Source of the DNA: Candidatus Moraniibacteriota bacterium
GTDB taxonomy: Bacteria > Patescibacteriota > Minisyncoccia > Moranbacterales > UBA1568
NCBI GenBank assembly: GCA_049287005.1
Contig: JBAQEZ010000003.1
Span: forward strand, 31,493-95,492
Reading direction: 5' to 3'
Length of the DNA stretch: 64,000 nt
Part shown: piece after piece, positions 48,156 through 57,945 of the stretch
Numbering within the stretch: the first letter of the stretch is position 1
Layout of the letters: each line of letters opens with the position of its first letter
Translations under genes and position numbers: made by a program
The notes under the pieces: model-generated
What the model was told of the DNA's origin: nothing
Database searches by the model: none
The model's input: only the letters and a program-made list of their open reading frames with translations

Positions 48156-48948
48156 ACCGGACATCTCTCTTATTTTTGTGAACTACCGGAGCGTTCGGTA
48201 TCTTGCGAAGGCTTTGGAGAGCCTTTTTTCTTTTGAAAAAGAGACAGGCCTTTTTGAAGTGATCGTGGTGAATAATGATGTTTCAGAAGGTTCGAGTTTG
48301 GAGGCGCTGGGGCTACGATTCCCTTTCCTCCTGATTGAGAATGGCACCAACATCGGGTTTGGTAGAGGCAACAATGTCGGCGCCAAGCGGGCACAGGGTA
48401 AGCTTTTGGGATTTATCAATCCGGACATCCTGTGGGCAGGACCGCACCTGCGCGGTATCGGAGGAGTGTTTGCTGAAAAGAAGCAGATCGGCATCCTCGG
48501 CATGGGAATGGTTGACGCGAAGAGGAGAGAAGAGGCCTGGAGCGCCGGGACGGAGCCGAGTCTGGCCAATCTTTTCCGCAACAACCTCTTGGCTCCGCAG
48601 CAATCTTACTGGAAAGCACCGGGCCTCTCTTTTCCGGATTGGGTGAGCGGAGGGGCTCTCTTCGTACAGAAAGACCTCTTTTCTCTCATCGGAGGTTTTG
48701 ATGAGCGCTTTTTCTTGTACTTTGAAGATGTTGATCTTTGTAAAGAGGCTCGCCGACGCGGCTTTTCTGTCGCTCGTTCCGCAGATCACGCGCTGATCCA
48801 TCTCGGCGGGCAAAGCAGCCACTCTCCGCAGCTCCAGAAAAAACACTTCTATGCTTCCCAGCGGAAGTATTTTGAAAAACACCGGCCAGCATGGGAAAAG
48901 CACGCGGTGAAGTGGCTCCAATTTTTCTTTTGTAAGACGAGCGTATGA
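48130..48948 (+). CDS. Family 2 glycosyltransferase (second, start overlapping the previous stop)
   Basis: ISLIFVNYRSVRYLAKALESL...VIVVNNDVSEG...NIGFGRGNN...YFEDVDLCKEARRRG. Candidate ATGs at 48130 and 48145; the 48145 start overlaps the upstream TAA by 11 nt. Confidence 0.75.
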   Translation: MNTFPMNTKPDISLIFVNYRSVRYLAKALESLFSFEKETGLFEVIVVNNDVSEGSSLEALGLRFPFLLIENGTNIGFGRGNNVGAKRAQGKLLGFINPDILWAGPHLRGIGGVFAEKKQIGILGMGMVDAKRREEAWSAGTEPSLANLFRNNLLAPQQSYWKAPGLSFPDWVSGGALFVQKDLFSLIGGFDERFFLYFEDVDLCKEARRRGFSVARSADHALIHLGGQSSHSPQLQKKHFYASQRKYFEKHRPAWEKHAVKWLQFFFCKTSV

Positions 48949-50210
48949 GCTTCCTCGAAAAAACGATGCTCATTTTTCTGTTCGGCCTCCCTTTCCAGTT
49001 CGCTTTGCACCCGGCCGCAGGGGTAGATTTGGCTCTGGCCCGCGTCTTGGCTGTCGGCATGTTCCTCGCGTGGGGAGCGAGAAGCTTGCTGAGAAAAAAT
49101 ATCATCCTCCCGCGGCCGCAGGCATTCTTTTTCTTTTCATCATACCTGGCGTGGGCGGTCGTTTCGATCGTGTGGGCAGGAAACACAGACTGGGCGCTCC
49201 GGAAAGTCTTGTTTCTCCTTTCGTTCATGCCCCTTTTCATCGTTTTTGTTGCGGTACTGGGCGAGACATCTTTTCGAGAAAAAGCCATCAAGGCCTTTGG
49301 TTATGGCGCTTTTCTGAGCGCTTTTCTTGCGCTGGCGCAATTTTTTTGCCAGTTTGTTTTCGGGGTAGGCGCAACATTCACTTTCTGGGTCCGAGAAGTG
49401 CTGCCTTTTTTTCTTGGTCCGAATTTTAGTGCTGCTGTAGCGGATTACCCGAGCCTGCTGGTAAATATTTCTGGCAGTACGCTCATGAGAGCCATCGGGG
49501 TTTTTCCTGACCCGCACATGTTTTCCTTTTTCCTTGGCATGTCTTTGCCGTTGACGCTGGCTCTCGCCGTGAGAAGTGCGCCAGGGAAGCGGCATGTTTG
49601 GGTGATCGGTGCGGGGATGATTTTTTTGGCAGACCTGCTGACGTTCTCACGCGGCGGGTATATAGGACTGATTTTTGGGATGAGTGCTTTTTTCTTTCCG
49701 CTTCTTGCGCAATCTGCACAGCGGAAGAAACAGCTCTCACACATAGGTCTAGGAGCGCTTTTTGTCTGCGGCGTGGTTTTTCTCAGTCCGGTGGGAGCGC
49801 GCCTTTTTTCAAGCTTTTCGCGCAGCGATGGATCGAATGTCGAACGCCTCCGTTTATGGCAGGAATCCGCCGTCTTTATTGTTGAACATCCGGTGCTGGG
49901 GGCTGGTCTGGGGAATTATCCTCTCGCGGTAAAGCCGAGCGCAAGCTATCGAGAGCCTATCTACGCGCACAATCTCTATCTGGATGTCGCGTCGGAACTG
50001 GGGCTGGTTGGACTATTCTTTTTCAGCGGGCTGCTTGTCTTGGGCATACTGTCTGCTTGGCAGAAATGGCAGGGAGAACACGATATTTTTGCGTTGGCAT
50101 TCTGTTCGTCACTGATTCTTTTCTCTGTCCATTCTTTTTTCGAAACACCGCTTTTCTCCGTGCATGTATTGCCGTCGCTTTTTTTCCTAATAGCAGCGAG
50201 CATCGTGTAG
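48945..50210 (+). CDS. O-antigen ligase / Wzy_C family membrane protein (paralog 1)
   Basis: About 11 TM helices. The periplasmic loop carries the SRGGYIGL and YAHNLYLDVASELG motifs typical of Wzy_C/O-antigen ligase. Confidence 0.7.
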   Translation: MSFLEKTMLIFLFGLPFQFALHPAAGVDLALARVLAVGMFLAWGARSLLRKNIILPRPQAFFFFSSYLAWAVVSIVWAGNTDWALRKVLFLLSFMPLFIVFVAVLGETSFREKAIKAFGYGAFLSAFLALAQFFCQFVFGVGATFTFWVREVLPFFLGPNFSAAVADYPSLLVNISGSTLMRAIGVFPDPHMFSFFLGMSLPLTLALAVRSAPGKRHVWVIGAGMIFLADLLTFSRGGYIGLIFGMSAFFFPLLAQSAQRKKQLSHIGLGALFVCGVVFLSPVGARLFSSFSRSDGSNVERLRLWQESAVFIVEHPVLGAGLGNYPLAVKPSASYREPIYAHNLYLDVASELGLVGLFFFSGLLVLGILSAWQKWQGEHDIFALAFCSSLILFSVHSFFETPLFSVHVLPSLFFLIAASIV

Positions 50211-50225
50211 TGAGAAAATATTTAT

Positions 50226-51485
50226 ATGGAACATATGTTGAAAGTACCGTCCGTCATCCGGATATGTATCGCCGCCAGCATCGTGCTTTTGCCTCTGGCA
50301 CAGTGGAAGGCAAGTGTTTTTGGTATCCCTCTGTATAGCGTGGAGATACCCATACTGGTGGCTTGGGCAGTCTATGGGTATGGACGGTGGCAAGGGACAG
50401 CTTCATCTTGTGAGAAGATCGATGTGCACAATCCGCTGGTGTTGGGTGGCACTGCCTTTCTCTTGGGCGCGTTGCTCTCTTTTTCTGCCAACCCATTTTC
50501 TCTGATGGGGCTGGGGATGATCAAGACCTGGCTTGCCGTACCTCTGCTCGCAGCATGGCTCTGGCTGCAGACAAGGCCGGAAAAACGGGATACGGAAAAG
50601 CTTCTGTTTGTTTGGTTGAGCACCTTGGCGGCCGTCTCTCTGGCAAGTCTCGGATATTTGTTTCAAGGCAGACTCACCTATGATGGCCGCCTCGCTGCAT
50701 GGTATCTGTCCCCGAATTACCTCGCCTTTTTCTTGGCGCCCGGAACATTGCTGGCGCATCATTTTTATTTTCATCCGTTTGGAGCGAGAATGAAAACTTT
50801 CAGACACGTGTTCCTTCTCGCCTTTGTTGTTTTCATGGTCGTTCTCTTTTTTACACGTTCGTATGCAACATGGGTGGGTCTGGTCGTGGCCGGTTTGGCT
50901 TTTCTTTTTCTCGACATGCCAGAGAGCGCTACTAGGTGGAAAAAAAGCGCAGCCCTCTTTTTACTCGTAACTGTTTTCAGCGCCCTGCTTCTCTTGGAAT
51001 CAGGAAGCCCGAAATGGCAAGCGCTGACTTCGCTCCAAGAACGATCATCTCTCGCCTCTCGAGAAATGATTTGGCGAGTGGCGGTAAAAATTATTTCTGA
51101 TCACCCTGTGCTGGGTATCGGTCTCGGCCGCTTTCAAGAGGTGTACCTTTCTTATCAGCAATATTTCCCGCCGTATCTGGAATGGGCGGTGCCACAGCCG
51201 CACAATCTGTACCTGGCTGTGTGGCTGCAGACAGGACTGCTCGGTCTGTTGGGGTTCACCCTCTTCATCGTGGCGTGGCTCAGAAAGATGTTGGCACTCC
51301 GCAGATCAGAGGGTGAAAATGGCGGGAGGCGCAATTTGAGCGCCCTTTTGGTGGCCTTGCTGGTGTTGTACCTTGTCTTTGGTCTAGTTGATACGCCGTT
51401 TTTCAAGACTGATTCGGCATTCGCCTTTTGGTTTTTGATCGCCTTTGGAGCGGGACTTATGAACCAAGAAAAAAGCCTCCGGTAG
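50226..51485 (+). CDS. O-antigen ligase / Wzy_C family membrane protein (paralog 2)
   Basis: TRSYATWVGL...PHNLYLAVWLQTG in a multi-TM context; tandem to paralog 1. Confidence 0.7.
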   Translation: MEHMLKVPSVIRICIAASIVLLPLAQWKASVFGIPLYSVEIPILVAWAVYGYGRWQGTASSCEKIDVHNPLVLGGTAFLLGALLSFSANPFSLMGLGMIKTWLAVPLLAAWLWLQTRPEKRDTEKLLFVWLSTLAAVSLASLGYLFQGRLTYDGRLAAWYLSPNYLAFFLAPGTLLAHHFYFHPFGARMKTFRHVFLLAFVVFMVVLFFTRSYATWVGLVVAGLAFLFLDMPESATRWKKSAALFLLVTVFSALLLLESGSPKWQALTSLQERSSLASREMIWRVAVKIISDHPVLGIGLGRFQEVYLSYQQYFPPYLEWAVPQPHNLYLAVWLQTGLLGLLGFTLFIVAWLRKMLALRRSEGENGGRRNLSALLVALLVLYLVFGLVDTPFFKTDSAFAFWFLIAFGAGLMNQEKSLR

Positions 51486-51505
51486 GAGGCTCTTCTGGGC
51501 ATGCT

Positions 51506-52642
51506 CTAGAGGTCGATGCGATAGAGGCGGTGGGTGGCTCTGTCAGTAAAGAAGAGCGTATCTTCATCGGGCGAAAGGAAAAGATCGGAGCTGTCGAAGT
51601 TTTGCGTGACCTCCTTGAGGCCTGCCAGGCGAGATTTTTTCCCGGTCAGCGTGTCCATTTTCCAAAAAGTGTCTTTGGTATACAGGGGCTTGTCAAAATA
51701 ATCATTGGGAAGAACGGCGTTTTCAGGGAGCGCTCCGGGCAAGGCATAGTAGATGGTCTTGCTATCCTGGGACCACACCACTTTGGAGACGAGCGTTGGG
51801 ATAGCCAAGCTTTGGAACTCTCCTCCATTCGCATTCATGATATTCAAGAGAATGCCTTTCCCCCCTTTTTCTGTGCTTGCGCTGACGAGCACCCTTTCCG
51901 CATTCGGTGACCAGAGATAGTCGGCGCCGAACTTTTCGGAGAGCAGGGTGCGCCGATTGTCTCCTGAGCTACCGATACTCTCAAAAGAAGTTTGTTCCAA
52001 CGCCGTCGGTCTGCTCCAGAAGGAAACGCCGGCACTCTGCGGAATGGGCGCAATAAAGGTTTCCTGAGACAAGTTCGCGAGCTTTTGCCAGCCGGTGCCA
52101 TTAGGATTGGCCACATTGATCGTGCGGTCTCCTTGGGTCGGGTCGGTGTATTGGTAGAAAATCTTGTCCCCGAGATTATTCCAGACGATGCGCGATATCT
52201 CCGGTTTGAGCGGCACGAGCGTTTTGGTAACCAGGTCGGAAAAATACCAGAGGTTGGGCCCCATGCTCTGTTTCAGAAAAAGGAGGACGCGATCCCTTTT
52301 GGGTGACCAGACTATGCGCACCGGCACTCCCGGGAGATTGCTCAACAGAACTGATTTGTTTTTTCCTTCCAGCGAGGCTTTTTTCAGGGATTTTTCATCC
52401 AGGGAGTAGTAGCAGAGGGATCCGTCGGGAGAAACGGCGGCTCCCATCACATCTTCGTTGACAGAGGCGATGATGTTTGTGATATCCGGCGGGACATTGG
52501 ATGTTGTTGCTGCCTTCTCTGCCTTTTTGTCTGGGTCAGCGATAGGGCTGTTGACATTATTTTTGAAGACGAAATTATAAGCTGCTAAAAAAATAAGCAC
52601 CAAGAGGAGAAAGCCGAGAGAAAAATAGAAAACTTTTTTCAT
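51506..52642 (-). CDS. Membrane-anchored beta-propeller (TolB/PD40-like) repeat protein, hypothetical
   Basis: N-terminal TM anchor followed by a repetitive beta-strand-rich region (VSPDGSLCYYSL, VWSPKRDRVLLF, LWSPNAERVLVS, VWSQDSKTIYYAL). Confidence 0.5.
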   Translation of the reverse strand: MKKVFYFSLGFLLLVLIFLAAYNFVFKNNVNSPIADPDKKAEKAATTSNVPPDITNIIASVNEDVMGAAVSPDGSLCYYSLDEKSLKKASLEGKNKSVLLSNLPGVPVRIVWSPKRDRVLLFLKQSMGPNLWYFSDLVTKTLVPLKPEISRIVWNNLGDKIFYQYTDPTQGDRTINVANPNGTGWQKLANLSQETFIAPIPQSAGVSFWSRPTALEQTSFESIGSSGDNRRTLLSEKFGADYLWSPNAERVLVSASTEKGGKGILLNIMNANGGEFQSLAIPTLVSKVVWSQDSKTIYYALPGALPENAVLPNDYFDKPLYTKDTFWKMDTLTGKKSRLAGLKEVTQNFDSSDLFLSPDEDTLFFTDRATHRLYRIDL

Positions 52643-52672
52643 AGAAAGAAAGGTTCGCGGCAGACGCTCTTC

Positions 52673-53500
52673 TTATAAGGTGCAGCAGTTCGTCTGTGTG
52701 CTAACATGGATATGATTGCCTTCATTTTTGGTTCTTCCTCCACAAGCAGAAGCGGCGTTTACAATAGCCTGAGCAGAAACACCGCTTGTGGAAAGATCAA
52801 CAGCCTCTGATTTCTGGCAGCTTTGCGATGCCCCGCCGCCGTAATGGCAGGAAGTCGCGGCATGCGCGCATACCCCTTGTTGCCAGTTTGTTTTGCATCG
52901 TGCGAATCCGGCGCTATCGGAGATGCTATTTACTTTGGTGTTGGGATCTTTATCGTACATACACTTGAGCAGATCAGATAACGCTTGAGACGCATCAGCG
53001 CACTGGCTGCTGCTGATACCTCTCACGGCATAGCCACCGCACGTACCAGCAACACCGACACCTGTCGGGGGCGGAGCTGTCGGTGGTCCGGCCGGGACAG
53101 CGACAGCGGACAGACCATTGAGGGTGACGGTCACCAGGTCCGGGTTGATGACGTTCAAGAGCAAGTAGGCCGTGAGGGCGATGACAAGACCGATCAAGGA
53201 ATCGAAAATGACGCCTTTGGCCGTCCCCATGGCGGAGGTGTTACCGGCACTCGTCAGGTACATGAATCCTCCGATGGAAAGCATCAGTACGGCGGACAAA
53301 ACGATGACGGCCAGCGCGAGATTGTAAATAGCGGCGATATACCGAGGCAAGTTGCTGCCGTCGGTACTCGCGAAGCCAGGAATTTTCTCCAGGAGCTGAT
53401 AATCAAGTCCTGCGGCGCTGGATTCGGAAACAAACAGAAAAGTACTTGCGGAAAACAGAAGCAAGAAAAACAGGATGAAAAATTTTTTATTTTTTGGCAT
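52673..53500 (-). CDS. VirB2/TrbC-like (T4SS-pilin-like) protein with a Pro-rich linker and a C-terminal Cys-rich domain
   Basis: Signal peptide. A pilin-like helix-loop-helix (RYIAAIYNLALAVIVLSAVLMLSIGGFMYLTSAGN...GVIFDSLIGLVIALTAYLLLNV). Then PAGPPTAPPPTG and a roughly 120-aa domain with 12 Cys. Confidence 0.55.
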   Translation of the reverse strand: MPKNKKFFILFFLLLFSASTFLFVSESSAAGLDYQLLEKIPGFASTDGSNLPRYIAAIYNLALAVIVLSAVLMLSIGGFMYLTSAGNTSAMGTAKGVIFDSLIGLVIALTAYLLLNVINPDLVTVTLNGLSAVAVPAGPPTAPPPTGVGVAGTCGGYAVRGISSSQCADASQALSDLLKCMYDKDPNTKVNSISDSAGFARCKTNWQQGVCAHAATSCHYGGGASQSCQKSEAVDLSTSGVSAQAIVNAASACGGRTKNEGNHIHVSTQTNCCTL

Positions 53501-53634
53501 ATGGAAATAGCAACGTATCGTTATTATATCACATATCTTTTAAGAAAAAATCCCAGACTATGCTTGGGACAGAATCTTATTTTTTTAATTTTTTGAGCTA
53601 AAAAGCTAACGAAGCCACAAGCGAAGAAGCTCTA

Positions 53635-54678
53635 TCAGAAATCCCAACTGCCATTCATGCTGCTCGACTGGGTATAGTTGACGACGGTGGTTTCGAAGAA
53701 ATTTCCTTTGTCGCTGTTGGGATCCTGGAGACGGTCGAGATGTTTGTAGGGATTGGTGATGGCTCCTGGGTAGAGCGGGCCGATATTGAGCATCGCGAGG
53801 CGATTGTTGGCTAGCCAGTGCGTGTAGTCCTCGGTGGTGGTGCTGTTGATGCCTGGGATGCGATCGCCTAAGATGTGTTTCCCCCACTCGGTTTCCTGTT
53901 CGACGGCGGCCGCCATCATTTCCAAAATGAGTTTCTCATCGTAGACGGCCGGGAACTCCTTGCGGATCTCGCGGATGATATTGGAAAAAATGGTGATATG
54001 AGTGAGCTCATCGCGGCGTATATAAGCGATCATCCTGCCCGTGGCCAGCATTTTCATGCGATCGACGAGCGTGTCGAAGAAGGCGAAACCATTGTAGAAA
54101 TAGACTGATTCGAGGAGGAAATTGGCTACGATGCCACGGAAGAATTGTGCATCCGACGGGTCGTTGATGAAATCTTCATAGATCTGGCCGATGTATTTGT
54201 TCCGTTCCAGGAGGGTCTCGTCGGTGCGCCAGAAATAGTAGATTTCGTCGCGCTCCTTGCTTTCGACAACCGATTCCAGGATCGTGGCATAGGACTGTGA
54301 GTGGATGGCTTCCTGGTAGGCCTGGATAGAGAGGATTAGATTCACTTCCGGCGAAGTGATGTAGTCGGAAAAGTGCGGGAGGTTGACGGTCTGGATGGAA
54401 TCGAGAAAAATGAGGAAGGAGAGGATGCCTTTGTAGGCTTTCTGTTCCTCTGCCGAAAGATCCGCGTGAAACATGCGAGCATCGTCTTTGAGGCCGGAAA
54501 CTTTTTCGGGAATCCAAAAATTTCCTACCATGACCTGATAGAGAGACTTGGCCCAGGGATATTTTACGGCGTTCAGGTTAAAAAGTCCCGTGGTGGCGCC
54601 CTTGATGATGGTTCTTGCTGCTACATCGTCGTTGCCTTGCGGGTTGAACATCAGGTTCCTTCGCATTTCCTCGGTCAT
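53635..54678 (-). CDS. nrdB: Ribonucleoside-diphosphate reductase beta subunit (class Ia)
   Basis: Di-iron and tyrosyl-radical motifs (ESVYFYNGFAFF, the ...EAIHSQSY region) and a C-terminal tail for alpha binding. Immediately downstream of nrdA. Confidence 0.9.
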   Translation of the reverse strand: MTEEMRRNLMFNPQGNDDVAARTIIKGATTGLFNLNAVKYPWAKSLYQVMVGNFWIPEKVSGLKDDARMFHADLSAEEQKAYKGILSFLIFLDSIQTVNLPHFSDYITSPEVNLILSIQAYQEAIHSQSYATILESVVESKERDEIYYFWRTDETLLERNKYIGQIYEDFINDPSDAQFFRGIVANFLLESVYFYNGFAFFDTLVDRMKMLATGRMIAYIRRDELTHITIFSNIIREIRKEFPAVYDEKLILEMMAAAVEQETEWGKHILGDRIPGINSTTTEDYTHWLANNRLAMLNIGPLYPGAITNPYKHLDRLQDPNSDKGNFFETTVVNYTQSSSMNGSWDF

Positions 54679-54732
54679 AAGTGTGCGCTTTATGCTGTTT
54701 GTTACGGGTACCTCTCTTGCTACTCCTTCTGC

Positions 54733-57348
54733 CTAGCCGCTGCAGCTGACGCAATTTTCTTGTATTTCGCCGGAAAGGCTACGTACGTAGTAGATAGTTT
54801 TGATGCCTTGTTTCCAGCTCTTCATATAGTAGCCGTAGAGTTGCTCCGGGCTGACGCGCGTCGGATCGATCATCCACTCGAAAGAAATAGACTGGTCGAT
54901 CCAGGGATAAATGACAGCCATCATATCGATGACATCGTTCATATTCATATTGATGTATTCTTTGTAGTACCAGAAGTTCTCTGTGGAGAGTTTGGGCGCT
55001 ACGCGGATGGTGGGGGCTGAGAGGTTGGTTTCTATGAAGAACTTCTTGTAAATAGGGAGGAGGGCGGCGGTAGTCCCGACGACGCCGGCGGTAGAAGTAT
55101 TGGGAGCGGGAGCCGTATGATAAGCGAAACGTACACCGGAGATCTGCATGTCGGCGAATAGTTGCTTCCATTCCTTCGCGAAGGACGTATGCGTTTCGAA
55201 CCAAGCTTCTTCTCGTCCGAGCAAGACGCCTTTGGAATATTCACTTCCCGGGTAAAGTTCGTAATTTCCCCTCTCCTTGGCGAGATCGATTGAGGCGCGG
55301 TAGGTGTGATAGGTATACCGTTCGAAGAGACGGGCGGTCTCCTGGCGAGCCTCCTCGCTGTCATAGGCGAGTTTCCTCACGGCCAGATATTCCGCCAATC
55401 CCAGGTAGCCGAGGCCGACGCTCCGGTACCGCAGAGCTGTCCGTTTGGCCTCCTGAATGGGATAATAGTTGAGTGTGACGACGTTATCGAGAATGCGCAT
55501 GACCACCGGAAAAACATCCGCGATGACTTCCGGAGTACAGACGGTTGCGATATTGATGGAGGCGAGGTTGCAGACCACGAGATCTCCCGGTTCATAGCGG
55601 ATAATAATCTTGCCATCCTCGATCGTCTCTTCGATGAATTTTGTGGCGGAAGTATTCTGACAAATCTCCGTGCAGAGCTGGGTGGAATAGATGTTGCCAA
55701 CGTGCTTGTTCGGATTGAGACGGTTGACCGTGTCGCGGAAAAAGACATAGGGCATACCGGTTTCCACCGTAGATTTCAAGAACTTTTTGAAGACCTCTTT
55801 CGCTTTGACCACCTTCTTCATGCCGAGGCGCTCGTCCTTTTCCAGCGTCGTATACAGTGCATCGAAATCCTGATTGAATGTATCCTGGAGACGCTTGCCG
55901 TAGAATTTTTCGATCTCGTGCGGATCAAAGAGCGTGATATCGGCATCTGCTTCCAATCTGCGCATAAAAAGATCCGGAATAGAAACCGCGGGGAAAACAT
56001 CGAATGCCTTGGCGCGGATGTCTCCCGTTTCTGTCTGCAGATCGAGAAAGTCGTAGATATCGAGGTGCCAAATGTCGAGCGTCACGGAGATAGCCCCTAG
56101 GCGCGACCCGAGCTGGTTGACTGCCACAGCAGTATCATTGATGACTTTTACCCACGGGTTGACCCCGCCTGACATCCCTTTGACATCACGGATGGCGCTG
56201 CCGCGGGCTCGGATATTGCCCAGGTAGACGCCTACTCCACCGCCGAATTTGGAAATCTGCGCCATGTTTTCAACGGCATGGTAGATATCACGAAGATCAT
56301 CGTTGATATTGATTTTGAAACAGCTGGAAAGTTGATGAAAATTGGTGCGAGCATTGAGGAGTGTCGGTGTCGGCAAGGAGATGCGCTGCTGTGAACAGTG
56401 CCGGTAAATCTTAAGAGCAAAAGCCAGACGATCCCCTTGCTTTTCCGGAATAGCCAAAAAGAGAGCCACGGACATATACATCTCCTGCGGTAACTCCTTG
56501 ATTATCTTGTTCGGGTTCAGGAGGTAGCGTTTTGCGAAGGAAACCACAGTCGTGTATTCGTAGCCATTATCGGTATCCAAAGAGAGGTGTCTCCCCGCCT
56601 CGATGATATCTGCGGTGGAATAATATTGGTAAAAATCTTTGTAATACAATCCGCACTCGATGTAATCATCGAAGAGCGCCTTATACGCTTCTGGAGAATA
56701 GACATCCTTCTGCCCCAAGTCACGATTTTTCGTTGCTTGTTTGTAGAGGTTGCCCAAGAGGATGCGAGCCGCAATATTCTGCCAGAAGATATTCTCTACC
56801 GTGACGAGATCGATGCAGGCTTTGATGAGCAGCTGATTGATATCCGATGTCTTGATTTCGTCGACGATGTTCTTTTTAAATGCCTCGATCAAATCATCGA
56901 AATGGCACATTTTTTCATAACCGAGGGCGGCTCGATCGAAAACCGTTTTTATCTTTTGGATGTCGAAAAGCTCCTTGGTTCCATCGGCTTTGACCACTTG
57001 CATCGAGTGCCGTTCGAATTGCTCGATGAGTTTTTCTTTTCGTTCTTCGCGTTCCCCGCCCCGCTTTTCTCGATAGAGAATATAGGCCTTGGCGATTTCG
57101 TAGCGGCTTTCCCGCATCAGATGTTTCTCGACGAAGTCCTGGATGGTTTCCACGGAAGGAATATGTACACCGGCCTCTTCACCACAGGCAAGGATAATAT
57201 CTTGGATGACAGCGTCGGTCATCTGTGGGATGAACTCTTTATCGGTTTCCCCTGTCGCATCGCAAGCGTTTTCAATAGCTTTCTCGATACGGAGACGGTC
57301 AAAGGAAACCACTTCGCCATCACGACGTTTGATTTGGGTCAGCGTCAT
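54733..57348 (-). CDS. nrdA: Ribonucleoside-diphosphate reductase alpha subunit (class I)
   Basis: N-terminal ATP cone (MTLTQIKRRDGEVVSFDRLRIEKAIENA), catalytic core with NLCTEI/STQLCTEI-type and PYVFF-type motifs, and the C-terminal CVSCSG Cys pair. The start is trimmed from the track ORF, which overlapped sodA. Confidence 0.95.
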   Translation of the reverse strand: MTLTQIKRRDGEVVSFDRLRIEKAIENACDATGETDKEFIPQMTDAVIQDIILACGEEAGVHIPSVETIQDFVEKHLMRESRYEIAKAYILYREKRGGEREERKEKLIEQFERHSMQVVKADGTKELFDIQKIKTVFDRAALGYEKMCHFDDLIEAFKKNIVDEIKTSDINQLLIKACIDLVTVENIFWQNIAARILLGNLYKQATKNRDLGQKDVYSPEAYKALFDDYIECGLYYKDFYQYYSTADIIEAGRHLSLDTDNGYEYTTVVSFAKRYLLNPNKIIKELPQEMYMSVALFLAIPEKQGDRLAFALKIYRHCSQQRISLPTPTLLNARTNFHQLSSCFKININDDLRDIYHAVENMAQISKFGGGVGVYLGNIRARGSAIRDVKGMSGGVNPWVKVINDTAVAVNQLGSRLGAISVTLDIWHLDIYDFLDLQTETGDIRAKAFDVFPAVSIPDLFMRRLEADADITLFDPHEIEKFYGKRLQDTFNQDFDALYTTLEKDERLGMKKVVKAKEVFKKFLKSTVETGMPYVFFRDTVNRLNPNKHVGNIYSTQLCTEICQNTSATKFIEETIEDGKIIIRYEPGDLVVCNLASINIATVCTPEVIADVFPVVMRILDNVVTLNYYPIQEAKRTALRYRSVGLGYLGLAEYLAVRKLAYDSEEARQETARLFERYTYHTYRASIDLAKERGNYELYPGSEYSKGVLLGREEAWFETHTSFAKEWKQLFADMQISGVRFAYHTAPAPNTSTAGVVGTTAALLPIYKKFFIETNLSAPTIRVAPKLSTENFWYYKEYINMNMNDVIDMMAVIYPWIDQSISFEWMIDPTRVSPEQLYGYYMKSWKQGIKTIYYVRSLSGEIQENCVSCSG

Positions 57349-57358
57349 ATTTTTGTAT

Positions 57359-57934
57359 TTAATGCGAGAATCTGTTTTCTGCTTTATTCCAGTCGATCGA
57401 ACGGAAAAATACCGCCAGATAATCTGCTCGTTTGATGCCGTAATCAAGCATAAAAGCGTGCTCGAACACGTCCATGACAAGGAGCGGTGTCGCTCCGACC
57501 AGGTGACCGAGATCGTGCTCGTTGATCCAGATATTGCACAGCGTGTCGGTTTCCGGATCATGGACCAAGGCTACCCAGCCGATACCGCGCATCGCTCCCA
57601 ACCCGAGGAAATTCTTCTCCCAATTTGCCATGCTGCCGTAGGTTTTTTCAATTTTTTCTTTGAGGAGACCGTCCTGGAGAGTGCCGGCCGCTTTGGTCAT
57701 ATTGCCGAAATAGAGCTCATGCATCCGCATACCATTCCATTCCCAGCCCAGCCGCCGTTGCAGCTCGGCATATTCTGGAGTGCCCAGCTCCTTTGTCTTG
57801 AGAAGATTCACGAGAACATTGGTATTTTTCACATACCCCTCATAGAGCGTGAAATGGTTGTTGAGGAGCGCGTCGCTCAAACCGTCCAAACCGAGGAGGT
57901 GGGTGTAATCTTGTGGCGTGTAGATGTCAGACAT
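57359..57934 (-). CDS. sodA: Fe/Mn superoxide dismutase
   Basis: HFTLYEGYV..., WEWNGMRMHELYF, metal ligand context ...DVFEHAFMLDYG; 191 aa. Confidence 0.9.
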   Translation of the reverse strand: MSDIYTPQDYTHLLGLDGLSDALLNNHFTLYEGYVKNTNVLVNLLKTKELGTPEYAELQRRLGWEWNGMRMHELYFGNMTKAAGTLQDGLLKEKIEKTYGSMANWEKNFLGLGAMRGIGWVALVHDPETDTLCNIWINEHDLGHLVGATPLLVMDVFEHAFMLDYGIKRADYLAVFFRSIDWNKAENRFSH

Positions 57935-57945
57935 AAGAGCGTGTG

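Noticed and set aside
57348-57561. N-terminal 71 residues of the track ORF for nrdA (MIRKPTRC...)
   Set aside because: This extension overlaps the sodA coding region on the same strand in another frame. The conserved ATP-cone start MTLTQIKRRDG at 57348 is the biologically sensible start.
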